A DNA stretch of 64,000 nucleotides from Macrostomum hystrix (lineage: Eukaryota; Animalia; Platyhelminthes): the NCBI GenBank assembly GCA_950097015.1, contig CATNEN010000001.1, forward strand, positions 2,046,001-2,110,000, written 5' to 3'. Position 1 is the stretch's first letter; every line of letters begins with the position of its first letter. The position numbers were made by a program, and so were the translations under genes. A model generated the notes under the pieces. That model had not been told where the DNA came from. It made no database searches and was given only the letters and a program-made list of their open reading frames with translations. Positions 50,801 to 61,739 of this stretch are shown piece after piece.

Positions 50801-51539
50801 GCTGCGCCAGAGGCAGCTGGCTGGTCGGAGGATCTTCTTTCACTCCGACAGTCAAGCAGCCCTCAAGGCCCTCAGTCGCTGCACCTCTCGCTCCAGAACC
50901 ACCTTGGACTGCAACACCCAGTTAAACGGTTTGGCGCAGTCTAACAAGGTGGAGCTGATGTGGATCCCTGGGCACGCCGGGCTCACAGGGAATGAGATGG
51001 CGGACCAGCTTGCAAAGGCTGGAGCAGCCAGCTCCCTGATGGGCCCGGGCCCGGAATCCCCGATCCCCATCTCCGTTGTCAACTCCAGCATCAACCACTG
51101 GATGGAGACCCAGCACCGGAGGAGGTGGTCTAGCACCCTGAACTGTCGCCAGTCCAGGGCTGCGGTGCCAACCCCCTCTAGCAACCTGCGTAAGGCCTTA
51201 CTCAGGCTAAACCGCAGAGACCTGAGAGCAGTCACCATGGCCCTTTCGGGACATGGCTGCTTCACCAGACACCGCTACCTCCAAGGCCACGTGCCTGAGG
51301 AAACGTGTCCCTTCTGTTGCTCCGGCCGTGAAAACGCCGAGCATTTCATCTGCCACTGCCCGGCTTTCACCCGGGCTAGGCTAAAGCACCTCGGGCCGGC
51401 ACCGACTCTTGCCGAAGCCTGCTCGCCCGAGAACATCCCACAGCTCGCCCACTTCCTCCGGGATACCGGCCGAGCTGATTTCTTCCCAGCCTATGGCGAG
51501 GAAGATCGCGCGGCGGAACCGACCGACGGACCACCCTGA
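47830..51539 (+). CDS. LINE ORF2 APE-RT-RNaseH-CCHC, broken by one 5-bp duplication at about 48823-48832
   Basis: Motifs [24 protein letters not shown] (APE); [16 protein letters not shown] (RT); YTDGS, WIPGH (RNaseH). Confidence 0.9.
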
Positions 51540-53129
51540 GCGGCACCGCCTCGCTGGAGGCCGTCTGGCTGCCAGGGGTTAGCGATATGGGCGGCACCAG
51601 CCGCCTCCTCGCTGCGTCCGTCATGGAGGCCCCCTGCCGCTAAGTCAAGTAAGTCAAGGTCTCTCTATTGATAAACATAGAAGTCAATTTTCTTTCACCT
51701 TTCATAGTCTTCAATTTTCAATCTTCAATAGATTCGTCGATCTACTAAAAGGCAAAAATTGCATTTGAAAGCCGACAAAAACGATAAGAGAGCGAAAAAC
51801 ACTGGGATTACGTCAAGAAGTGAAACAGAAAGCATCCAACGCACCATTACGTACATACGCTTGCTCCTAAGCACAGTACCAGAAAGCAAGCAAAACAATT
51901 TACAATGTGATTTACCTATCAGAGAAAAGGACGCTCCTCCACCGCCTCCAGCAGCTTGCAGCAGACGACTGGTGCCGCTGACGAACACGAAGCTGCCTCC
52001 GCCGCCACCTCCTCCGCAGCTGCCGTTGATCGCAGGTCCGCCGGCCTGGCCGATAAGAATCGACAGCTGAACGCCGGCAGTCAGGTTGAATCGGCCCGAC
52101 ATGAAGGCTCCGTTACCGCCAGCCTTGCCGGTGAAGCTGTTCGATCCACCCGCAGCGCCCCAGGCTTCAATGCGGTAGCAGCCCGTGAAGTTGATTGACA
52201 GCTGCTGGGTAATGCCCAGCCTGCCTGTACTACTGTCTGCAGGTAAATATTTAAATAATAATGGGTCTTAAGCACGCGTGCACACGATACCGAATGAAAA
52301 ACATACTAAAAACCTGAATGGTGATGTTAATCCGTTTCATCTGGATGACGCTATCGATGTCAACTGCCTTCCAAACTACGGCGTCGGACTCGGCACCGAA
52401 TGACCTGCACACGTGACTCCCTGGCATTCCGGCAGTCTGCGAGGCGTCCTTGATGAACAGCTGGTGGCATACGAGGCTGCTCTGCAGAAGGCTCACTGCG
52501 ACGCAGCCCCTCATGCGGCATAGGAGCAGGCAGTCTTGGACCGAGGCCGAGCTGGCCTCGCTGATCACGTCACTGCTGACTGTCGGGTCGAGGTTGACAG
52601 GGCCGGAGGAGCGGACGAAGCGGCCACAGCTGGCAGTCGCTTCAGTCAGGGAGGCTGCAGTGGGATCAAGGAGTTACGAGGCTCGTAGATGGTTTTATAT
52701 TTTGTACTTGCTGCCAGCTTTTTTCTTAAATATGTATAATGCAATATGCTACTGATTATGTTCGGAATAAAAACGGAATTACCTGCCAGTAGAGCACAGA
52801 TTAAAGTTATTAGTAGTACTTTTGCTGGCATTTAGTAGCCCGATGTTATATAGCAATGTTTTCGAATTAATTTGGCTATAATATTACTTTAAGGTTTTCA
52901 GTTCTCACGCAGCTTAAATACTATTTTGTCATTCTCGTTTCCTGGCGCGCTACGCAAATGCTGCTAGCTAGTTGCTGCACTTGAATATTACGACTTTGCA
53001 TCTTTGGTTGGCTGGCATAGGCATTGTGTTAATAATTAACGCTTCCATTCCTAAAACTTAGCAAACATTTTATAATGAGGAAGAATGTTTTTAGATTGCA
53101 AGAAATAATTCAACTTTTAGCTGCAGCAG

Positions 53130-53860
53130 ATATCACTACAGCTACAGCTAGAATGTCACTTCAGCTACAGCTAAATTGTCACTACAAATACTGTAGAATG
53201 TCACTACAGCTACAGCTAGAATGTCACTACAGCTAGAATGTCACTACAGCTACAGCTAGAATGTCACTACAGCTAGAATGTCACTACAGCTACAGCTAGA
53301 ATGTCACTACAGCTAGAATGTCACTACAGCTAGAATGTCACTACAGCTAGAATGTCACTACAGCTAAAATGTCACTACAGCTAGAATGTCACTACAGCTA
53401 GAATGTCACTACAGCTAGAATGTCACTACAGCTACAGCTAGAATGTCACTACAGCTAGAATGTCACTACAGCTACAGCTAGAATGTCACTACAGCTAGAA
53501 TGTCACTACAGCTAGAATGTCACTACAGCTAGAATGTCACTACAGCTAAAATGTCACTACAGCTAGAATGTCACTACAGCTAGAATGTCACTACAGCTAG
53601 AATGTCACTACAGCTAGAATGTCACTACAGCTAGAATGTCACTACAGCTACTGTAGAATGCCACTACAGCTACTGTAGAATGTCACTACAGCTACTGTAG
53701 AATGTCACTACAGCTACTGTAGAATGTCACTACAGCTACTGTAGAATGTCACTACAGCTACTGTAGAATGTCACTACAGCTACTGTAGAATGTCACTACA
53801 GCTACTGTAGAATGTCACTACAGCTACAGCTAGAATGTCGCTACAGCTACAGCTAGAATA
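53130..53860. repeat. 17/23-bp minisatellite (AGAATGTCACTACAGCT[ACAGCT/ACTGT])n
   Basis: Tandem units visible. Confidence 0.93.
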
Positions 53861-53979
53861 TCACAACATCTACGCCAGAGTGACACTAAAGATTTTGCTG
53901 AATTTTACTTAAAGTACACACGCAGCACTTTGGTACATGTACCTACTTTTTATCATTAAATTATTATCCTCATAGAAGA

Positions 53980-54130
53980 AGTAGTTGCCTTGTGGCTAGG
54001 TTTCGGACTCGCGACTTGAAGGTCGGGGGTTCGATACCCGACTTGGAACAAGTTGTATCCTTTAGAAAGACACAAAAATCTATATTGTTTCAGTGCACTA
54101 AGTTTTTAGCTGGGTAATTGAGGATGACTG
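53980..54130 (+). mobile_element. Degenerate copy of the same tRNA-derived SINE
   Basis: actcgcgacttgaaggtcgggggttcgatacccgact..tgtatcctttag.aagac is shared with the SINE at 40240. Confidence 0.65.
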
Positions 54131-54267
54131 TGGTGTCTCTTACAGAAAAAATATATTATAGAAAAATGAAGACTTTTTCAAACGATTTTCAAGGCAGTAG
54201 TTTTACGCATGCTTTTGCTCTCCGATGTAACGGAGAAAGAATTACTCGGTAATTGCATTCAGTTGCA

Positions 54268-57158
54268 TCAGCAGAAGTAGGACACCAGATGCAGAACCAC
54301 TCGGCCTTCCAGCTTGACCCTGTTGCCACCGGTGACGCCGTCGCAGTCGAGGCCGTCGCAATACGAGCCACCGCCTCCGCCGGCATGGTTGACTCCGAGA
54401 CCGGCGCCGCCTCCGCTGAAGCCGCCGCCAGCACCGGCAGCTCCGATCCTGGCGTTGTCTGTTCCGCCAGCTCCGCCGCCGCCTCCGAAGCCGCCATCGC
54501 CGGTGTTTCCGTTCCCGGCGACGCCCCCGACCCAGCCCTCGGCGAAGCTGCTGCCTCGATCACCATCTGAGACGCTTCGATGAAGATTTTGTGACTTTCC
54601 GAGCCAGCCGGCACCGCAGCCGCCGTGGTTGCAACCGAATGCTGTGCTGCTCGGCTCATTGTAGCCAGGATGGCCGTTAATGCCTCCGAATCCCCTGTTT
54701 TCATTGGCAACGCTCGAGTCCGATCCATTCACTCCAGCCTGTCCCGATGTACCTAATAATGAGTGCAGATTCAACTGCTTATCTTTTCCGCCGAAAATCA
54801 TTTAGAATTTAACCAAGAGCTTAAGTAAATGGAAGCAGCCATCAATTTACTAATTTTCAACTCATGACATGACAGACAAGCCATATCTGACAGAAAACCT
54901 GTCTGGCTGGCATCTACAAGCGATTGTTTTAGGTGTCATCATTGCTTGTCTTTTGCCTGCTGTTCCTTCTCCGGCTTTTTTTCAGCCACGCGTGAAATAC
55001 AAAATGTTAAGAATTTCTGTTATCCTAAGTCACTTCTTAAAAGCTACCATTTGCCACTAAGTGTGCAGCTCTTTACCAACAAAGGAGTAGGACGCTCCAC
55101 CACCGCCACCAGCGGCCAGCAGCGGACGGCTGCTGCTATTGACGAACACGAAGCTACCTCCTCCACCACCTCCTCCGCAGCTGCCGTTGATCGCAGGTCC
55201 GCCGGCCTGGCCGACAAGAATTGACAGCTGAACGCCGGCAGTCAGGCTGAAACGGCCCGACATGAAGGCTCCGTTACCGCCAGCCTTTCCGGTGAAGCTG
55301 TTTGAGCCGCCAGCACTGCCCCAGGCATCGATTCGGTAGCAGCCGGTGAAGTTGATTGACAGCCGCTGGATGGAGCCCAGCCTGCCTGTACTCGAGTCTG
55401 AAATTCATGATTTTCTGATTGCAGCTAGGCCAGTAGTTTTCAGTAGGCTCTGTGCTTTTTAGTAGGGTTCTACGCTTTTTTAGCCCATGCTGCCGTTCAA
55501 AAACACTCAATATTCACACAAAGCGACAGCTGGGGATGAATGACACCCACTCGCAAACTCGACAGTAATATTGAGCCGTCTCATCCTTATGACGCTCTCA
55601 ATGTCGACTGCTCTCCACACTATGGCGTTGGACTCGGCACCGAAAGACCTCCTCACGTGACTCCCTGGCGGTCCGGCTGTCTGCGAGGCGTCCTTGATGA
55701 ACAGCTGCTGGCACACGAGGCTGCTCTGCAGAAGGCTCACTGCGACGCAGCCCCTCATGCGGCATCGGAGCAGACAGTCTTGGACCGAGGCCGAGCTGCC
55801 TCCGAATCCCCTGTTTTCATTGGCAACGCTCGAGTCCGATCCATTCACTCCAGCCTGTCCCGATGTACCTAATAATGAGTGCAGATTCAACTGCTTATCT
55901 TTTCCGCCGAAAATCATTTAGAATTTAACCAAGAGCTTAAGTAAATGGAAGCAGCCATCAATTTACTAATTTTCAACTCATGACATGACAGACAAGCCAT
56001 ATCTGACAGAAAACCTGTCTGGCTGGCATCTACAAGCGATTGTTTTAGGTGTCATCATTGCTTGTCTTTTGCCTGCTGTTCCTTCTCCGGCTTTTTTTCA
56101 GCCACGCGTGAAATACAAAATGTTAAGAATTTCTGTTATCCTAAGTCACTTCTTAAAAGCTACCATTTGCCACTAAGTGTGCAGCTCTTTACCAACAAAG
56201 GAGTAGGACGCTCCACCACCGCCACCAGCGGCCAGCAGCGGACGGCTGCTGCTATTGACGAACACGAAGCTACCTCCTCCACCACCTCCTCCGCAGCTGC
56301 CGTTGATCGCAGGTCCGCCGGCCTGGCCGACAAGAATTGACAGCTGAACGCCGGCAGTCAGGCTGAAACGGCCCGACATGAAGGCTCCGTTACCGCCAGC
56401 CTTTCCGGTGAAGCTGTTTGAGCCGCCAGCACTGCCCCAGGCATCGATTCGGTAGCAGCCGGTGAAGTTGATTGACAGCCGCTGGATGGAGCCCAGCCTG
56501 CCTGTACTCGAGTCTGAAATTCATGATTTTCTGATTGCAGCTAGGCCAGTAGTTTTCAGTAGGCTCTGTGCTTTTTAGTAGGGTTCTACGCTTTTTTAGC
56601 CCATGCTGCCGTTCAAAAACACTCAATATTCACACAAAGCGACAGCTGGGGATGAATGACACCCACTCGCAAACTCGACAGTAATATTGAGCCGTCTCAT
56701 CCTTATGACGCTCTCAATGTCGACTGCTCTCCACACTATGGCGTTGGACTCGGCACCGAAAGACCTCCTCACGTGACTCCCTGGCGGTCCGGCTGTCTGC
56801 GAGGCGTCCTTGATGAACAGCTGCTGGCACACGAGGCTGCTCTGCAGAAGGCTCACTGCGACGCAGCCCCTCATGCGGCATCGGAGCAGACAGTCTTGGA
56901 CCGAGGCCGAGCTGGCCTCGCTGATCACGTCACTGCTGACTGTCGGGTCGAGGTTGACAGGGTCCGGGGAGCGGACGAAGCGGCTGCAGCTGACGTTCGC
57001 GTCTGTTACGGAGGCTGTGTTGAGATTCGATGTTCTAAATTATCTTTTTGTTAAACATTGTAGTAGTAATAATTACCTGCATCTCCCTGTTCTGCTCTAA
57101 AACACAAAAAATTACCTGTAGCAAATACGCAAAGTAAGGACAGTAAAACATTTCGCAT
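54268..57158 (-). CDS. B-type family gene with an in-frame 1116-bp internal tandem duplication, predicted 611 aa (exons 57158-57116, 57014-56667, 56513-56193, 55868-55551 chimeric, 55397-55077, 54752-54268)
   Basis: Signal peptide MRNVLLSLLCVFAT; all exons phase 1; the chimeric exon reads GTSGQAGVNGSDSSVANENRGFGG|SSASVQDCLLRCRM... with no stop. Confidence 0.78.
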
Positions 57159-58519
57159 CTTGTGCCGTTTTCGTAATCTCAGACAAGTCGAAGTTCTCCA
57201 ACGTGCTTCCAAGTCTAGTTAGTGTTCAGCTACTCACAGATAGTGACTAAAAGCTATGCGATTCTTGTAACTAAGACAGGATGTGAAATGCTAGCTTTTA
57301 ATACTCTTACTTTTGCATCTGTCATTTCTAGACGACTGATAATTTCTGATTGGCTCCTTTAGCTTGCTGTCTCAAAGTCATGCCTTGTAGAGGATGCAGC
57401 AAGTTTAAAAGAATTGTTTGGCATACGAGTAAATGCTCCGTCAATAAGTTATACAATCGGATCTACATCTTAGCACTCTCCCAGCAAGCCGTTGGCGCTT
57501 TGGCTCTGAGGAAAGAAATTCTTTGAGCTCAGATTAGTTCAATTTTATTCGCTTAGACACCCATACATATGACCAAAAAGCACCATTTTAGTCAGTCACG
57601 TTTCTATTTAACTGAGTAAACTTTTGAAGACGTGACAAAATCATCTGATTCGCGTCAACAAAAAGCTTATTTTAACTTGTTTGACATGCTGCAAAAACTT
57701 TTTTTACAAATTCGCCACTATTTATCACTGCATTTGGTCGAATGAAACTCGTGGAGGCTGGTTATAGGAGATTATAGAAAAATGTTTGCCATCTGAAATA
57801 TTCGACAAACTATTTTGCTAATATGCTCGTAATTAATTCTGCTGCGGAGGCGGCTGCGGTGTGGTGAATGAACAGTGGACCTCGTTTCAACTCCTGTTTG
57901 GCTCCTTCTGCACAACCTGTTCTCATATCGAATTCTCTGTGTGATCATGTTTCGTGTAGAAGCCGCAGCTAGAATAGAGACTTTTTTACTGAAATGAGGA
58001 AAGTAAAAGAAGCATCGTTGAGCACATTCTGGTTTGCCCTCGAGAGGCGACATGAATTTGAGCTCATATGCTCAGAATTCAAATACTTCTTACACTAAAG
58101 AAGCTATCCCTGCTGAAATTATCACAGAAATTTCGGTGCCAGAACTTGACGCAGCTTTCAAGTAGCAAATCGCTTTTGGGAATTATATAGATTGGGAATA
58201 ATAGGCTCGTATTTTGCACGAAAGCTTTCTACAATTGTCGATATAAAAAGTGCCATCATCTTCCATCATTGATCCAAAAAAGCAAATTATATATTTATAG
58301 GGCCTGCCGAAAAAAGCTCAGTTTCTCGAATCAGAATCATCAAATACAGAAAAATATACGAACCAGCACATCTTCATTTGCTTTGAGCTAATCAGCACGA
58401 TTCTTTCAATAGATGAATAAATTTCGCTGTACGGCAAATATATTGATGCATATATTCAACTGTAATTTAAAGATATCCAGCTGCTTCTTAAAGCGCAAAC
58501 CGACAAACGGATATCGAAA

Positions 58520-60550
58520 ATGCCTTATTTGATCGGCACTATACCCTGTCTGCTCTTTTGGGGCGAGTTTTGATAGCGTAACACGTAAATTTAAATTTTG
58601 GTTTTAAAAATTGCATTTTCTTATATGGTATAAAATACTATGATTTATATGCTTCAGATTGAATTTCCTCTTTGCTCCCTCGATCTTAATCTTCGAATTC
58701 GGCTTCAGCCAATCTGAACGAAGCGACCAACAGCTGCAGCCGCTTCATCCGCTCCCCGGACTCTGTCACAATCGACCCGACAGTCAGCAGTGACGTGATC
58801 AGCGAGGCCAGCTCGGCCTCGGTCCAAGACTGTCTGCTCCGATGCCGCATGAGGGGCTGCGTCGCAGTGAGCCTTCTGCAGAGCAGCCTCGTGTGCCAGC
58901 AGCTGTTCATCAAGGACGCCTCGCAGACAGCCGGACCGCCAGGGAGTCACGTGTGGAGGTCGCTGGGCTCCGAGTCCGATGCCGTCGTTTGGAAGGTAGT
59001 CGACATCGAGAACGTCATCAGGATGAGGAGGCACGTGACAATGCTTAACGCGACAATGCTTTATACAAGTAAGTTTCGCTTGAAAATGAGTTTTTCTTGG
59101 TGGTTTGAACTTTTGAAATTGAGCGCACAAAGTCATAAACTACAGATTTTGAGTCAGGCAGACTGGGCACGATCCAACAGCTGACAATCAACTTCACCGG
59201 CTGCTACCGCATCGATGCCTGGGGTGCTGCGGGTGGATCGAACCGCTTCACCGGCACAGCTGGTGGCAGCGGAGCCTTCATGTCGGGCCGCTTCAACCTG
59301 ACTGGCGGCGTGCAGCTGTCGATTCTCGTTGGTCAAGCTGGCGGGCGCGCTGTTAATGCGGATTGTGGCGGTGGAGGCGGCGGTGGCAGTTTTGTGTTCG
59401 TCAACAATGCCAGCCGCCTGCTAATAGCTGCCGGTGGCGGTGGCGGTGCCTCTCGCTCGATTTTAGGTTCCTTTAAGAACTCAGTAGTAGCTACTTAGCA
59501 GTTTGTTATGGGATTACCTTTGTAACATTATGGCCTTTCTTGTGAGTTTGATAAGCAAAGTAGCGAGCTGAGTGAGATGTTTTAAGTTGAGAACATGTTT
59601 TTCTAGAGTTTGTTGTCACTTGTTGTAGAGCATTAAACTTCTGGCCAATAAGTCGCGAGTTCGTTTCTCAGCCATTGATTCAGTCGTCGAGCAAAAAAAC
59701 TCAAGATGGATATCTCGATGTTTTTAGTGTCCACTGACTGAACGGAACACAACCATCAACTGTCGAAATGACCATATGGGTATTTCAAAAAACCAAATTT
59801 TTGTGCTTACAAAATTTCATAATGTAACTACGTCAGCTAATATTGATGATTATTGTGTTAGCTAATATATTATTGAACCAATATGGATCGCCATAGGGGT
59901 TTTGCTGAATCGCTGAATATCTCGCGATTCAGCAGAAAATCGGCAGAAAATGGGATTCTCATGGTGGACTTTCACGAAAAATGTGTGTTTCGGTTAGGGT
60001 CTTACTACTGTTAAAAGTGCAGTTGTCATTTCTATCTCTAATTTCTCAATAATCTATATGTTTTAGGCTATTCAGGAAATCCTGGGTTAAACGGCACAGA
60101 TTCGAGTCCCATGCCAACCAATGCCGGCTATGGCGGTGCGAATGGAAACCCTGGCTTCAATAATCCCAAGGATACACCAATGGGCAGCAACCATGGCTGG
60201 GTCAGGCTGTGAACCCGAGGCGCGGTGACTATGACGGCGGTCGCGGCAGAGGCCCTGACCAGGGCTGGTTCGGCGGTCTCGTTTGGAGCGTCGGTGGCTT
60301 CGGAGGCGGAGGCGGCGCTGGCGGCAGTGCAGACGGAAACAAAGGCGCTGCCGGAGCCGGCGGAGGCTTCAGCGGAGGCGGCGCCGGCCTTGGAATGAAC
60401 CAGCCCGGTGGTGGCGGTGGCTCAAATTGCGGTAGCGTCTACTGCGACGGAACAAGCGGTGGCAACACAGAATATCAGGGCCGGCTTGCTATCAAGAAAA
60501 CAACTTTAAAAAATCCCATTCAGTTTTTTAATATCGAGAGCCATGCTTGA
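58520..60550 (+). pseudogene. B-type family gene, probably pseudogenised (exons 58520-58562, 58709-59068, 59146-59466, 60067-60550)
   Basis: Exon 1 MPYLIGTIPCLLFW with a GC donor (gcgagt); a deletion of the GCGAGW motif at about 60195 shifts the frame in exon 4; aberrant C-terminus. Confidence 0.75.
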
Positions 60551-61009
60551 TATCAAGTTTAAAAATGCTTCAGGTGAATGAAGCTTAACTGTTAAAGTTT
60601 TGATAGTCTAATACTGTCCCTAATATGACTTGACTGCAAATTTTAACCTAGGACTTCAAAATAATATTTAGTACCGAACTAAACTACATGCAGTAATCCG
60701 TAACGTTTGCGAACTTTCAGCTTTATTCGGCCGCCAACATTTTGATGCCCAACCTCCAGAGCTGAGTCTTAGAAATTTAAAAGCGCTATTACTGTTGATC
60801 TTACGGTGGAAATGTGCAGAAATTATTTTTTTGGATTAGTATATATATTTTTATTATTTTCTTTCGTGTGGCATTTGGCTGCCAACTTATGGGAAACGAC
60901 AACAACAGGCACGTACAATTTTAACTTCTGCTAGGAGCAAAGATACTTTTTTGTGAGCAACGCTGTGGAAATATTAGGCAGCATCGTTGAATTCGTGGGC
61001 AACGACATA

Positions 61010-61165
61010 GATATTGTAGGCTACACCATGGATATTGTAGGCTACACCATGGATATTGTAGGCTACACCATGGATATTGTAGGCTATACCATGGATATTG
61101 TAGGCTACACCATGGATATTGTAGGCCACACCATGGATATTGTAGACAACACCATGGATATTGTT
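61010..61165. repeat. 21-bp minisatellite (GATATTGTAGGCTACACCATG)n
   Basis: About 7 tandem units visible. Confidence 0.9.
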
Positions 61166-61739
61166 GGACACAAGGCCAAGGACTTTGTATGTAGCATCAT
61201 CGATTCTGTTGGTGACATTGATTTTGTCAAACAAAGTTTCGGCGAGCATGTCACACAGTTACAATAAGCTTTTTTGTTAACAGGAAACAAAATATTTTTC
61301 ACGTCTTCTTAGGTTACACTGAGAAAAATCTGAATTAGCAAATCGATGCATATAGCTTGATCCAAAAATACTCAGTTAAATAGAAATGTGACTGACTAAA
61401 ATAGTGCTTTTTAGTCACATGCATTGGTTTATAAGCAAATAAAAGTTAAATAAAGTTAGCCAGAATTTCATTGCTCAAAGCCAAAGCGCCAACGGCTTGT
61501 TGGGACAGTCGTTATGCCGAGATACTAATGCATAACTAATTGACGGAGCATTTATGCCAAACAATATGTCAAAACAGGCTGTATCCTCCAAGGCATGACC
61601 GCAAGCATTTCACATCCTGTCTTAGTTACAAGAATCACATTGCTTTTAGTCACTATCTGTGAGTAGCTGAACACTAACTAGACTTGGAAGCACGTTGGAG
61701 AACTTCGACTAGTGTCTGGGATTCCGAAAACGGCACAAG

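Larger units (their letters stand above)
45503..51657 (+). mobile_element. Full-length non-LTR retrotransposon (about 6.15 kb; LOA/Lian-like)
   Basis: 12-bp TSD ggtctctctatt (45491-502 / 51658-69); 5'UTR with three tandem repeats at about 45775-46040; ORF1 + ORF2; TAAGTCAAG repeat tail. Confidence 0.93.
44382..52831 (-). pseudogene. B-type family gene (exons 52831-52783, 52654-52307, 52236-51916, 44866-44382) with a full-length LINE in intron 3 and a premature TGA at 44475-77
   Basis: Signal peptide MPAKVLLITLICALLA; canonical exon sizes; the only coding lesion seen is GGGS*CDGLDC, 31 codons before the normal stop. Confidence 0.8.

Noticed and set aside
53130-53860. Regular repeats resembling a CRISPR array (also 19055-19915 and 61010-61165)
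   Set aside because: Head-to-tail units without unique spacers, no cas genes, eukaryotic context.
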